Notes: generated by a model from the sequence alone, not told the origin. A stretch of 64,000 nt of DNA from a virus (IMGVR_UViG_3300021090_000723:40904-104903); one strand, 5' to 3'. Counted from the stretch's first letter, positions 22,401 through 29,192 are shown. Made by a program: numbers and translations.

Positions 22401-24762
22401 TGGCCTCTTTATCGAGCCGGTCCTTGGCCTTGGCGTTCTTCGGCGGCTTGCCGGTGGCGGGATCGTTGCCCGAGTCGATGTAGGCCTGCGCCGCGCGCAG
22501 CTGGTTGATGGGCTCTTCGAAGTGCCGCAACGCCTCATCGTGGAAGGCGCGCAGCGTTTCGGTGCGCTCTTCCGGCGTCTCGGCCGGGTTCTCGTCCCAG
22601 AAGCCGGGGCGTCCGGCTTCGCGCAGCGCTTCATCCGCAGGCTCGGGGAACGTCTTCTTGAAGTCGAAGGGCAGTCGTTTGCCGCTCGACTTCTTGCCCT
22701 TTTCCTTGGCGAGATCGGCGGCCTCGCGCTCGATCTGGGCCATTTCCGCCTCGACGTCCTGGGCGGGCTTGGTGCCCGGCACGGTGAACGTCTCCTTGGG
22801 CGGCGTCTCCCTGATCCATTCCTCACTAGGCTCACCTGGCGGCTGGGTGAGATCGGCGCGCTTGACGTCGCCGGTCTTCACGTTGTGCCAGCCGATCTGG
22901 TTGTCCTCTTCGTCGAAGAGCGCTTGCCAGTCCTTGCCACGGGGCTTGGGCGGCATTTCTGCCTTCGGCGGCTGGGTTGGTGGCTTGGGCGGTGGCTCTG
23001 GAGCCTGTTCGGCCGCACCCGCTGGCGGCTCTCCTGGCGCGCCTGGGCGCTCCATCGTGGGCTCGACGCGCGGCTTTTCCGGCTCGCCCTCGCCCCGGAC
23101 GAACGGGTGCGTGGCCGCCGCGATCGTGCCGCCCATCACGCCGCCGGTGAGGCCCGCGGCGATCACTGCGCGGGTGGCTTCACCGAACGTCATCTTCTCG
23201 TTCAGGATGCCCATGGAATAGCCGGTCTGGAGCACCTGGGTGAACATTTCCTGGATGCCTTCGGCGCCTGCCGCCTTGAGCGTGCGCGGCAGGAACTTCC
23301 CGCCCTCCTTGATGATGATCCCGAGCGGGATTTTCTCGCCGGCTGTTTCGGCGAAGGCCATGAACGCGCCGTCGAGCGCGGCCTGGGTGGGCGAGCGGCC
23401 GTTCTTGGCGGACTCGCTGTACTGCTCCAGGCCGACCTGGCTTCCCATCATGGCGAGGCCGATGGCCGGGCTTCTGGTCAGGATGGACGCGCCGACGGTC
23501 GCCAGCATGGGCACGCCGGACTCGATGGCGTTGAAGTAGACACCCTTGATGCTGAGTGGATCGAGGTCTTTCGGGGCGCTCTCCTCGAGATCCTTGAGCG
23601 CGGCGAAGGCGATCTTGCCGCCGATGGTGCTGCCAGCGTCCTTGACCGCCTTCTCGCGCGCGGCGAGCATGCCCTGGTACGCCTCTTCGACCTGTGGCGG
23701 CAGCTTGCCGGTGAACGGATTGACCTGTTCGATCGGATAAGGGACCGGGGCCTGGTCCATGGCGAGAATCGCGCCGCCGATCATGTTCTTCAGGTGCAGC
23801 GGCACGCGCTCGGCGGCCGCCATGGTCAGTTCACCGAAGCTGGGCCCGGGGTCCTTCTTGCCGATGCCCGCGATGAACGCGCGCGCCGCGCCGGCGCCGA
23901 CGCCTTCCACGTCGGGTTGCTCGATGGGCTTGAACGGCTTCTGTTTGGCCGCGAACGCCTCGGCGGCCGCGGGCGTCTCGAACTTGCCCATGTGCTGGCC
24001 GGTCTGCTTGTAGCGCTCGATGATCGCTTCGTCTGACTCGCCCTCGGTCAGCTGCGGGAGCACGGTCTCCTTGAAGATGCCGTTCTCCGTGAACTCGAAC
24101 GAGCGCGTGCCCGCAAAGTCGCCCTTGTAGTTGCCCGGTTCGAGCAGGCCCGGCTCCTGGCGCACGAAGTCCGGCTTGTCAGCGACCGCCTGCGGCGCAG
24201 CGGTGATCGGCTCTTCGGAAACGATCGCATACGGATCATCGCCGCCGGGCGGCGCAGCGGAGATCGCCGTCGGGTCGATCGGCTCTTCGGAAACGATGGC
24301 ATACGGGTCGTCCTGCGGCCCCTGAGACATTTGGACCACGCGCTGGACGTAGTCGTTCGTCTCCGGGAACGGGATCTGGGCGATGAACTCGGCTTCGCTG
24401 ATCTCGCCCTTGCGCGGATCGCCCAGGCGGTTGAGCCAGCCTTCGAGCGCGCCCGGGCCAGCGTTGTAGGCCGCACCCGCGAGCGCCGGGCTTCCATAGC
24501 GCTCAAGCATGGCGGCCGCATAGTCGACGCCTACGCGGTCAAGCTCTTCCGGAGTGTCGTTCGCCGCCGGGCGGACGCCAAAGCCCGGGTCCTTCGCGGT
24601 GCCCGGCATAACCTGCATTTCGGAGCGCGCGCCCTTGGGAGAGACCGCGTTGATCGGGCTCGCTTCCGCGCGCCGGATGATGCTGGGGAAATCGACAGGC
24701 GTGGGCGCGAGCCCTCCGCCGTCCATCGGTTCTTCCGAGACGACGTCCCATTCGTTGACCAT
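7462..24762 (-). CDS. Giant polyvalent virion ejection protein (5766 aa): SLT, InPase, LPD1, DarB-like N6-MTase plus SNF2 helicase, JAB-like, HExxH, LPD38
   Basis: AVSPKGA..MQVMPGTA/AAYNAGPG; EAGNYAKGH..FDEHK; FRGVEFGNW..HEWGH; LEPGMGIG/GNVPF; HLVGAGKT/DEAH/TGTPISN/QREGRIERQGN; HHNH..S..D; HEVIH; VNFNRRG..FYNASIQG. Confidence 0.92.
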   Translation of the reverse strand: MVNEWDVVSEEPMDGGGLAPTPVDFPSIIRRAEASPINAVSPKGARSEMQVMPGTAKDPGFGVRPAANDTPEELDRVGVDYAAAMLERYGSPALAGAAYNAGPGALEGWLNRLGDPRKGEISEAEFIAQIPFPETNDYVQRVVQMSQGPQDDPYAIVSEEPIDPTAISAAPPGGDDPYAIVSEEPITAAPQAVADKPDFVRQEPGLLEPGNYKGDFAGTRSFEFTENGIFKETVLPQLTEGESDEAIIERYKQTGQHMGKFETPAAAEAFAAKQKPFKPIEQPDVEGVGAGAARAFIAGIGKKDPGPSFGELTMAAAERVPLHLKNMIGGAILAMDQAPVPYPIEQVNPFTGKLPPQVEEAYQGMLAAREKAVKDAGSTIGGKIAFAALKDLEESAPKDLDPLSIKGVYFNAIESGVPMLATVGASILTRSPAIGLAMMGSQVGLEQYSESAKNGRSPTQAALDGAFMAFAETAGEKIPLGIIIKEGGKFLPRTLKAAGAEGIQEMFTQVLQTGYSMGILNEKMTFGEATRAVIAAGLTGGVMGGTIAAATHPFVRGEGEPEKPRVEPTMERPGAPGEPPAGAAEQAPEPPPKPPTQPPKAEMPPKPRGKDWQALFDEEDNQIGWHNVKTGDVKRADLTQPPGEPSEEWIRETPPKETFTVPGTKPAQDVEAEMAQIEREAADLAKEKGKKSSGKRLPFDFKKTFPEPADEALREAGRPGFWDENPAETPEERTETLRAFHDEALRHFEEPINQLRAAQAYIDSGNDPATGKPPKNAKAKDRLDKEAKEAFTAAPEEFVNWWGAYADSFGVEAADVFQEHILRNYDTKTGLMRAALETRIADERADEARRMAQREGEGPVEPLPGLITPPARELAPGEKSGEDVMEPTTDEIVQMEADRAEEEAQEERFTPEPGWDKSIYAARAAAKGLRLEWYGKKFPDLVKDIGDYLVEREQPEAPEHPMAQDLDDYRQREFHLSAYQHNMAETQKRMDEALAGPKKPSKINLDTWKSQIERYKVDIAKAKAEQSDLEYKWPTIAKEAKSQRAAEDAEHDARRAREKVARDEHEAVMERGEVVLDTGKLLPAKAKKSSSNLAFMIVYDPQEARYTVPRISYNITSQAGGMGGSHANEFATLDEAKAYVTSYVERAMSGSWPDSAKRDALGLIASAKEQLAKIKHVARAPEGTKTNPVKRPETEEDIQPARDAVAKETTEAQREAGNYAKGHIENWNGLDITIETPKGTDRLGPEGEDGKPIWTNVNILADYGYIKRSIGADAKPNAPPNQQEKLDIYLGPNLKSDKVFVIDQYDPKTGKFDEHKAIAAVDTPEQAIAVYDAGYSDGSGPQRRKNGGLEMNVADFKRWIEEGDTTTAILPQAVDVSRETIEAPEKRPVKEPRKPVTDRRAPMPKMTDVGEAMAGKRAQAKAKVEKIEDLDKMLEQALDARDLRSRLAADATTGAHVFADFVSRSFVTFTEQEGKNQGGGRGKWRTPFRKTLEKRWEEKRETILENAAEYIGAMEILGDALAGAKNVEDIHAALKRLIVKEVQRPEGMSARVIATDWAQKTLRPYLHHYSWPNLWRLDEGLPHFRDDNTMPTRATPLVRPSIRIEDITRPGLPERRKAGKNVKAEDFRKTFGFRGVEFGNWVTGREGQAHVNAAYDALMDFAEIMGVPAKAISIGGKLGLAFGSRGSGFGSAHYEPDTNVINLTKTKGDGSLSHEWGHALDFNLRAGGVRVPAIDKEIEALVKRNREGTINSMELSDKVKPLQAEKKALLAAGQSARALLASVNGTLSHTWDVEGAIKMVDNLLTGRSHIRGRQGLGPLKTAEQYVDHLWQNEGWSAKLTTKFKRNAQELGKYWVRPEELWARSFESFIYDELAAKGQTSPYLVNGWVAEGQTTKEAGYRGTPYPAEEERANFALMWRGLLDQLEWNEDGSLKEKTYTPLPDSKQAVEEALKKIDIPKRWAELEREKRAKGQPGKLPEQGGRAPAGAPTTGVRGPEGGGEAGAEGPGPIGIDSELGQQPTSASEPGRASGETDQAGAERPPDGGVGRPEGVSPDEREGSLGDRAKRGIRGLNFRIAEDADYATGSPAQRIVKNIEAIRVALDLEKGGQLASREDQEQLAHYVGWGATGLAKIFDEGRGLDYGLIPYREQLKAMLTPEQFASARATTINAHYTSQDVVRGIWDGVTELGFTGSGNVLEPGMGIGNFMGMRPKGSDPKFIGVELDDVTGKIARALYPEARIFVQGFEDTALPEDSVDLVIGNVPFGDIRPADKMYNKGRPLSLHNYFIFKSLKLVKPGGVLALVTSRYTMDSQDKTARTMIRDAGGDLIGAIRLPNTAFKENAGTQVVTDILFIRKRKEGEPAGKPDWLEAKEFRVGTSPATVNQYFKDNPNMILGTNAVTRGMYREDEYTVTGTATGLREKIANAVQAMMEKSALRFDPEAGDVDTYDDLAPPPDTVKDNAFFERDGKLFQRVLQSSVPVELSDGQAGRVRLLIRLRDKAREILTAQRGEWEGKGTAPWVAPQKELGKLYAQFVKAFGYINQVQISRRTMPDGEVREYRRYPNMLAFRDDPDAALVSALERFDEEKNEGIKGPIFTDRVVEPTREILRVNTPDEALIASMNMKGIVDVPYMAKILGRQPSTFLNELKGRIFKNPATGAYEPSEVYLSGNVRGKLAFARDAAKGEPEWAENVKALEVVQPVDLKPSQIAVRMGTPWIPNSDVEGFISELLETEAIVEYVPKEATWHVRIAQEGTAPNTQTWSVNWTTSRAEGKSIARRGIDLIRDALNQKSTVISWQDSEGKTHTDMNATIVAQEKQNDIKERFSKWIWKDPERGARLSRFYNDNFNNLRVATFNGDHLTLPGSSSTIELRSTQKKAVWRYLVSGNTLLDHLVGAGKTFTAIAAAMEAKRIGLLSKPLFSVPNHMLEQFSREFMQLYPNASILVADERAFAGDNRRRFVARAAAGNWDAIIMTHSSFERVGMSAKFQADYIRDEIAEYADLIRAARETDTGGRSPTVKQLEAAKKRREEKLRELMQAKDKDRGLSFEEMGVDGIFVDEAHLFKNLEFATKITNMNPPSSQRAFDLYLKTKYIDKMTPGRGLMFMTGTPISNSMAEMYTMQRYLQPRGLAERGLSHFDAWASTFGDTVTQAEITPEGGKAMLKTRFARFRNIPELISMYRQFSDLVSKDDLIATGQVKLPKISGGGPKTIIVPASDALKAYIAEIGERAEAVRKREVTPDEDNMLLISTDGRKASLDLRVVDPAARKEKVRKASEVASNAARIYKAGAKEKHTQIIFCDMSVPSNVAYSIYRDIKEELVKKGVNANDVAFVQDANTDQKKANLFADVRAGRKRILLGSTEKMGIGTNVQDRLKALHHVDPSWRPSDIEQREGRIERQGNTNEEIDLFRYVTEGSFDAYMWQTVERKARFINQIKRGDPSVREAEDIDEQVLSFAEAKALAAGNPLILDKAKADSDVDRLSRLRGAHYDNIHEMEWQIHRLPGEIAGMEEARGRVKADHAAYLERKDKPHYTILGTVYEKRVDASKALADIIEKAWNLQKSKNEAQGRKRNAEIEDIPIGKMYGFPISVEVDGYYQPQAVIHGKMTDKVELDLQSLKLGAISRIENFFKSRPGEIDYRQAKIDTAKKKLVDFKELVKVPFEREDQYQAALKRQRKIDQALGLIEADPQPVAGAPEPDLPPRRSAGFILSEAPGEGLGLAPPARPPRDEGMLARRIVEGNSDLADDLGKFVAKKKAKTPAAVNVAIGDWLRAFGERTKTEAAVAYDPATQTVIAAETSGKDTYVNLRGKIEDALSKPDARIVFHHNHTMPYGLSFADLTLLDLPGLDWMIAHTTEGQWHAARLTPETRRAFADLDLTLWSSPSDILNKMLQESQNAQGRVGRSLIRERGLDRNLAVANFSHNFAVGLARAGLIDYRSSVVVPESLAATFDTMAQAGAEAIASPLKAIGVVNVSDRGTAPTQFADGIAEILGEDQGLAVEPRGGAGEGARPEGVGRGLERLRLPQAPPVIETGDGVTFTFSPEFEAKREQLAADLRAYLVNRNLPLAVRVADAIADPEGHEADGHFDITKNLITIALDTKDPFGTITHEVIHGLRNLGFFTKSEWATLEAAAKDKWKRTFDIVGKYYKPDVQTEETIAFAAQNYEPSNEFAKAGLATKVLQRVRNFFEGLRNFFRGRGFQTPEDIFKRIESGRIGKRGKAGPTRSEAKFALKPQPPAPFFSTLARTIEASKQEKASGIQWQAFIKNARGITKDETEWTGVNEWLESQQGPVTKQALLDFIRENNVQIEEVEKGRAPGDDEGPYPENIEDWLPDEERTIQPEGQRYYSEMAFDADDASVTFHYDQRGVVTRVNAIRAGRELGDFGDFIEAREAIHRDAGIVAEGGATKFESQTLPGGENYRELLLTLPQIGVPFDPAKVRIERNRRSTTQGDVTVFYGDHKVGTWDDPIVLNSVTKKYEGPNDAHWIDVMRRRYPGDRSLAIDALSGQFRSGHFDEANILAHVRFKDRADADGKRVLFIEEIQSDWHQKGRRQGYSVKETRSPVFSIFDDQGELVGTRPTLDQAQEFIRDKHGRRPAWNRDDQAPMDTTNWTIKEGEAIEKRTGVPDAPFKSTWHEIALKRMLRYAAENGYDRLAWTTGAQQAERYNLAKHVNSLRLTDNVSGGIGRPRMDGPFERGHLIAYGKRNEEAINRQIESRDDLAELVGAELADKLLAVTPVEGRSAGLGVRVREISGLDLTVGGEGMKGFYDRIVPQFLNRYAKKWDAKVGTTKIDTGKESEPSWTVAETHPQKKQGVIDVHSLDVTPAMRESVMEGQGLFARRMPPGANAFTMFTDSPQPSVVDYLRNSNLSLMERLKGAASLSAINASFDKWRVGFQDRYLKVARMQAAIEQMLGRPLTEEENAYLAEELSSGRKGAKLEDLFERQIRPLVLAMHERGISREELETFLYARHAPERNARINEINPKFREEGIAGSGMSDEDARGIMDEVDKTGRRADFDALAGMVDDVLAFALNTRVEAGLMSEEQAEAWRATYRDYVPLRGVAELDPEVEADRPRPGKGFDVKGKESHRAFGRQSPARDILAYAFMQAEEAIIRGENNRIGNAIYELAKAAPNENFWKVDKVAMRPVWIKARQEVQYWPVRRILAEDAPYTLSTKIDGQEHRITFNRNNPVARDLAQGLKGLGQDQISLLIRNFGAINRILSHVNTTLNPEFVITNAFRDAQTALSNIQAHGDIKGITKGTVKDYRKALVASSRSAFKAEPGKTLMPWMAKDQAEWDRWAQEFRENGGRVYFNQMEDVLELRKRLDGQMREIGTSKLNPIMAMKTLGRIIENTNIGVENAIRLSAYKNARERGFTPAKAASLAKNLTVNFNRRGSWGPLMNSLYLFYNASIQGTATLLTAWKSPRVRKVAAFAVLTGFLLDFLNAFVSDEDDDGQLLYDKVTPFDKSRNLIVMTPSEGGVAAKIPLPYGYNIFYGVGRSIAEVMRGKDPLESAGNLAITIMDSFNPVGGAQNLLNMIAPTTMDPVVDLFMNKDYAGRPIAPEQSQYGPQVPNSQRYWNSVSPAYKAVTDFLSTASGGTGVEPGLIEISPEWLDYGFGVAWGAAGTFYERNFLDLPMKFADPTSTITFNDIPFVRRVVTSKPPWIDKATFYERINKIEQSRAYARDYQREGRRPEARGFVQENRAMLSLYNDANNARTELSEIRASRAQAKMALEQGRMARPRYNEQVRILNEAEERIIRMFNAEYLERTRRRP
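12717..12866 (-). CDS. Overprinted 49-aa ORF (MYLIEEPPPLSS...) in the +1 frame of the giant gene
   Basis: GGAG SD 6 nt upstream of ATG; helical protein-like sequence; the giant frame is a low-complexity linker here. Confidence 0.55.
   Translation of the reverse strand: MYLIEEPPPLSSPMALRRFLARTKDLPSSPEVEQARARAQKALEEALKD
18549..18860 (-). CDS. Overprinted ~103-aa TnpV-like ORF in the +1 frame of the giant gene
   Basis: AAGGG SD then GTG; HLRVHRPQEFAGLKAEGKL..MAESDALREYL resembles the TnpV pattern; the giant frame is a G/P/E linker here. Confidence 0.55.
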   Translation of the reverse strand: MQKVSPESYRSKVEGHLRVHRPQEFAGLKAEGKLEQRVQDLSESIANWVNSQLPQVSQDEPLERRIKLERSALLMAESDALREYLPMSEREASGIGPSGGYED

Positions 24763-24766
24763 GACG

Positions 24767-26155
24767 TCACTGCAACCTTACAGGCTTGCCGTTCTTGAGG
24801 GTCCACTTCTCGCCGCCGGAGAACGTGGTGACCACGCCCTCCTTGAGACGAGAAGCGACCTGCGGGGGCAAGGTCTTGGCACCACCCGCAGGAGCGGCAG
24901 CAGGCGCCGCGGCAGATGCCGGCGGCTTCATTTCGTCGGCTTTGACGACGCCCGCGCGCTGCTGCGGCAGCGGGAAGTTCGTCTTGAAGCCGGGATTGGT
25001 TGGCGTGTTCGCGTCGATCGGTTCGCCGGGCGGTGTGGCCAGGGCGCCTGCACGGGCGCGCACGTTCTTGATGGCCTGCTGCTCGGCAGTGGCGTCTTCG
25101 ATGCCGAAATTGTTCTCCATGATGAGCTTCTTCTCGGCCTGGACCAGGCGCTGGAAGGTGCCGGGGTTCTGGACGCTCTCGCGTAGCATCCCGACAGCCT
25201 CCGGAATATCCTTGGCGATCCCGTTGTCCACATAGAACTTCGCGTTCTTCTCAAGCGTGGTGGGCGCATTGCTCGCATTGCTGATGGGCGTGGTGCGTTT
25301 CACGCCCGGGAAGAAGACTGGCGGGTCGTCGCCCGTGGTCGGGTAGCGATAGGAGCCCGCGACCTCCTTGCCGTCCGGACCGGGGCCTTGACCTGCTGAC
25401 CAGGTGTAGCGGCCGCGCTCGGCCAGATCCTCGCGAGACTCGCGGTCGGCCGTGCGCTGGGCGATCTGGGCGTCGCGGTATTCGTTAAGTTCGCGCTCCC
25501 GCTGCATGCGCGCGGCGATGGCTTCCCTGTTCTGATCGGCCAGGCGCCCTTGCGTGAAGAACTGCTCGGCCAGGCGCTGGCGCTGATCCTGCGCTTGCCC
25601 TTCGGCGGTGGCCTCGTCCCAGCCGACCCCGGCTTGCGCGATGTCGAGTGTGTTGAGCGCCTTGGCCTGCTCGACCGCCGCGGCGCGCCGCTCGTCCATC
25701 GCGCCTTGGCGCATCATGGCCGCGTTCGAGATCGCCTCGGAAAAGCGGCCCGTGCGCGTCGGCGCGCCGATGCCGAGCGCCCACGCCCGCTGCGGGTCGG
25801 GCATCAGCTTGTCGAGATCCTTGATGCGGATCTTGGCGTTTTCTAGCGCATCGCGCTTCTTCTGCGCCGCCTGCTGGCGCGCGTCCTTCAGCGCATTGGC
25901 TTGCGCGAGAGGTCCGCCGCCGAACTCGAGAAGCTCCGTGCCCCACTTGTCGAACGGGGTCTTGTTGCCGCCCGCCGACAGCGCGCCCTGCGCCCCTTCC
26001 GGGCGGTCAACCTGGAGATCGTCCTCGTTGCGCGTCGAGCCGGTCGCCGACAGCGCGCCGGCCACATCAGGCGCGCTCGGATCGTCGGCCATATCCAGCA
26101 GCTGCTGGAAGGGGCTCGGCGGACCTTGGAGGATGCTGGCGATAGGTGAGGCCAT
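24767..26155 (-). CDS. Internal virion (ejection) protein
   Basis: Ala/Gln-rich helical protein directly upstream of the giant gene. Confidence 0.7.
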   Translation of the reverse strand: MASPIASILQGPPSPFQQLLDMADDPSAPDVAGALSATGSTRNEDDLQVDRPEGAQGALSAGGNKTPFDKWGTELLEFGGGPLAQANALKDARQQAAQKKRDALENAKIRIKDLDKLMPDPQRAWALGIGAPTRTGRFSEAISNAAMMRQGAMDERRAAAVEQAKALNTLDIAQAGVGWDEATAEGQAQDQRQRLAEQFFTQGRLADQNREAIAARMQRERELNEYRDAQIAQRTADRESREDLAERGRYTWSAGQGPGPDGKEVAGSYRYPTTGDDPPVFFPGVKRTTPISNASNAPTTLEKNAKFYVDNGIAKDIPEAVGMLRESVQNPGTFQRLVQAEKKLIMENNFGIEDATAEQQAIKNVRARAGALATPPGEPIDANTPTNPGFKTNFPLPQQRAGVVKADEMKPPASAAAPAAAPAGGAKTLPPQVASRLKEGVVTTFSGGEKWTLKNGKPVRLQ

Positions 26156-26162
26156 TTCTCAC

Positions 26163-27086
26163 CTACGCCGCGCGACGGTACGACAGCGCTCCGCGCGAGT
26201 GCGCATAGGGGCGAGGACGGACGGCGCCGCCACGACGCATGCTGCCGCCTTGGAGGAACGACGCGAATGGCGACGGCGCGTAGGCTCCGGGATAGCTCGT
26301 CCCCACCTGCTGGGTCGTGTAGCCGCCGTACTGCGTCGGCAGACCGCGGATGATGTCCGACAGGTAGGTGAGGTTCTGGTACGGGAACGCGCGCTGTTCC
26401 GCGAAATCCCCATAGGCCTGGTCGAGATTGCCCTGGCGGTAGCGATCCTGAGCCGAGCCGGAGGCCGCCATCTGGCCGATGTCTCCAAGCCCCAGGCGTT
26501 GGCTGAGCGCGCCCAACTCGCCGAACTGCGCGCCGCCGGACATCATCTGGCCGCGCTGCGCAAGCGCTGCGTTCAATGCAGACCCGTAGCCGCCCGCCAT
26601 CGCCTCCCCGATCGCGCCCTGGGTGTCGCGCGCGGCGCGCATGGTCATTTCCTGCTCTTGCGGGGACCGCGACTGCCCGGCGGAGACAAAGCGCGCCGAG
26701 ATATCGGGGAGCAGGTTCTGGTTCAGGTTCCGGTTGAGCCCCTGGGTGACGTAGTCCTGGAAGGGGTTGAGGAACGGGGTGACGTCACCGGCCGACCACG
26801 GCTTGGTCGCAGCCGAGGTGAGCGCGCCTGCCTGTTGCATGTACGGCTGATAGCCGCCCACGTTCTGTTGCCCCATCTTCCAGGCTTCTTGCGTGGCGCC
26901 CGACGGAGCAGCGATGCGCGGGCCCTGGTAGGGCTGATAGGGCTGGCCCGCGAGGTCGGTGGCCGCGCCGATCGTGTTGTAGATGGACTGCTGGAGCCAA
27001 AGCGGGAACTGGGTCGAGGAGTCCTGGCCGGTCGGAGCGGCGATCGGTGCCTGGCCCTGGAAGAGGAAGTCAAGTGCGCCAGCCAT
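26163..27086 (-). CDS. Internal virion / DNA pilot-like protein
   Basis: Q/A/G-rich; position in the ejection cluster. Confidence 0.7.
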   Translation of the reverse strand: MAGALDFLFQGQAPIAAPTGQDSSTQFPLWLQQSIYNTIGAATDLAGQPYQPYQGPRIAAPSGATQEAWKMGQQNVGGYQPYMQQAGALTSAATKPWSAGDVTPFLNPFQDYVTQGLNRNLNQNLLPDISARFVSAGQSRSPQEQEMTMRAARDTQGAIGEAMAGGYGSALNAALAQRGQMMSGGAQFGELGALSQRLGLGDIGQMAASGSAQDRYRQGNLDQAYGDFAEQRAFPYQNLTYLSDIIRGLPTQYGGYTTQQVGTSYPGAYAPSPFASFLQGGSMRRGGAVRPRPYAHSRGALSYRRAA

Positions 27087-28222
27087 TAGCGACGTCCTCC
27101 CTTGGTGCCTGAGGCGAGATAGCTCATCGGCTCTTTCGATTTGCGCGGGATGACGCGCGGAGATCCTGTGGTGTGGCGCGCGAGGCGCGAGCGCATCTTG
27201 TCGAGCTTGCGCGCGCCCGCCTCATTTGACCCGTTGCCGAGCCTCGCGACTGTCGCGGCGTCCATCACGTACTCGCCGGCGGAGAGCTTCGCATCGACGC
27301 TGTCGCTCTGGCCGTCGCCATCGCCCTGCACGAAACGATGCCCGGCGGCGGAATCGAAGGTGCCAGCGTTCGGCGGCATCCCGCCCTGGGCATCGCTGAT
27401 GCGCGCCTGCGAGAGCGCGCCACCATGGGCGAGGTTCAGCTGGTTGTTGTTGAAGAACTGCGGCTGCGCCTGCGTGCCGTAGGAATACCAGTCGTTCGAG
27501 ACCGGCTGATAGTTCTGGACCGGCGTCCGACTGATGTAGCCCGATTGCAGCGGCTTGTCGAAATAGGGCCCGCGTGTCGCGGCCGTGGTCTCAGGCCCAG
27601 GCATACCGCTGTAGTCCGGCTTGCCGCCCGCCGACAGCGCGCCGCCGAGCAGGTTCACGAGCCCCTTGCCCATGTTGAAGCCCTTGCCCTTGCCGTCCTC
27701 GCCCTTGGTCAGGCCCATGACGTTGCCGATGTCCGAGAGGAAGCCGCCTTGCGTCTTCCCGCCGCCACCACCACTCCAGTCGTCGATACCGAGGTCGAGC
27801 GGGTTGAAGCCGGGGCCGCTACTGAGTGCGCCGGCCGGGTTGCTGCCACTGCCGAACCCGCCAGCGCCCGGGATGTAGTTCCCGTCAGCGCCCATGGTGG
27901 CCTGACCGTACAGCCCCATGGCCCCCATCGTCTCCGGGAAGAAGTGGCTCGCGCCGCCCAGCGCGCCGCCGCCAAGACCGCCATAGAGCGCACCCTTGCC
28001 AACGTCGCCGCCAGACACCGCGGAAGATAGCGCGCCCACGCCTGCGCCGATCAAGGCAGGGGCGGCAACGCTCCCGATGATGCCTGCGGTCGCCGCGCCG
28101 ACACCGGCGCCGGCCAGCGCCGAGGTGATACCACCGGCGATGAGGATCGAGAGCCCGAAATGGCACTCCCGCTTCGTCTTTGCGAGCCACCGTTCTTCAT
28201 GTTCGTACTCGTGCCTCAGCAT
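27086..28222 (-). CDS. Gly-rich ejection protein
   Basis: N-terminal Gly/Ala hydrophobic helices; C-terminal GDGDGQSDSVDAKLSAGEYV motif. Confidence 0.7.
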   Translation of the reverse strand: MLRHEYEHEERWLAKTKRECHFGLSILIAGGITSALAGAGVGAATAGIIGSVAAPALIGAGVGALSSAVSGGDVGKGALYGGLGGGALGGASHFFPETMGAMGLYGQATMGADGNYIPGAGGFGSGSNPAGALSSGPGFNPLDLGIDDWSGGGGGKTQGGFLSDIGNVMGLTKGEDGKGKGFNMGKGLVNLLGGALSAGGKPDYSGMPGPETTAATRGPYFDKPLQSGYISRTPVQNYQPVSNDWYSYGTQAQPQFFNNNQLNLAHGGALSQARISDAQGGMPPNAGTFDSAAGHRFVQGDGDGQSDSVDAKLSAGEYVMDAATVARLGNGSNEAGARKLDKMRSRLARHTTGSPRVIPRKSKEPMSYLASGTKGGRR

Positions 28223-29022
28223 TTGACGATCTCGAGCTTTCCGCTGACGAGACGGATCAGTCCGACATCCATGCGGATGGTCGGCGGATCTAGCGTCACG
28301 AGTTCGATGGTCTTGTGCCGGGCTACCTGGGCCCAGCGATTGTACAATGAGACCGCCTTGGGCAACTGGCCGCCGATCATCATTTCAGTGCACGCGCCGA
28401 CGATGCGGTTGTGGTCCAGGTCTTCCTCGTGCGGCGGCTCCGTGATTCCGATCTTCTTGGCCTGTTCGCGCATTTCCGCATGGGTGCGCGCGCCGATCTG
28501 CTCCAGCATTTGGTCCTTCTGGACCCAGTCCTGAATGGTGATCGCGTAGAGATCGATGGGCGTGACCTGGCCCATGAAGCGGCTTCCGTCGGGCCGTGTC
28601 AGTTCGAACTTCATGCCCGCCGCGACCGAGAGGGTGCGCGCGGCCTGGTGTCCGTGCGGCACGCGGGTGACGACCTCGCAGGCGTCGGTGTTGCAGAACA
28701 TCCAGCGCAGGACGGCCTTGGCCATCGAGAGCGCCCAGGGCCCGCGCCCCTCAGGCCGCACGAGCGTGTGGACCTCGTAGAGAGCCGGCGTGAGCTTCAA
28801 GAGCATGCACCCGCCGTGCTCGCCCAAGAGCAGCACGTTGCTCTCGTTCCTGACCTGACCGGTGAGATCCAGCACGCCCTCGTCCGGATCGGCGATGAAC
28901 GGGCGGATGTCTGGATGGTTGGCGAGCTCGTTCAGGCGCTTCGCCGCAAAGGAGCGCAAGACCTCGACCATGGGCCTTTGGGTCCGCGCGATCGGCGGCT
29001 CTTCCTTGCGCGAGGTCTTCAA
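28216..29022 (-). CDS. GNAT-like virion assembly protein (P22 gp14/DUF2824-like)
   Basis: LYEVHT..PEGRG..WMF pattern; precedes the ejection genes. Confidence 0.65.
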   Translation of the reverse strand: MKTSRKEEPPIARTQRPMVEVLRSFAAKRLNELANHPDIRPFIADPDEGVLDLTGQVRNESNVLLLGEHGGCMLLKLTPALYEVHTLVRPEGRGPWALSMAKAVLRWMFCNTDACEVVTRVPHGHQAARTLSVAAGMKFELTRPDGSRFMGQVTPIDLYAITIQDWVQKDQMLEQIGARTHAEMREQAKKIGITEPPHEEDLDHNRIVGACTEMMIGGQLPKAVSLYNRWAQVARHKTIELVTLDPPTIRMDVGLIRLVSGKLEIVKC

Positions 29023-29192
29023 CGTGTCCTCCGGGCGCCGAGCGCGCCAGGCGTGGGCGGCGCGAGCTTGCGCTTCATGCGCGACTGAGAAAGGGCGCCG
29101 ACCGCCGAGGGGGCGCTCATCCTCGGCATCCTCGGGCGCGGCCGCTTCACGCCAGCGCGGATCGCTGACGGCTTCTTCTTGCGGGTGCCCAT
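29019..29192 (-). CDS. Small basic protein
   Basis: MGTRKKK... start; carries GALS/GALG motifs shared with the ejection proteins. Confidence 0.45.
   Translation of the reverse strand: MGTRKKKPSAIRAGVKRPRPRMPRMSAPSAVGALSQSRMKRKLAPPTPGALGARRTR

Noticed and set aside
13015-24036. Very long + strand ORFs (1845 aa and 1072 aa; also 683 aa at 6772)
   Set aside because: Antisense shadows of the high-GC3 giant gene, with no motifs or RBS.
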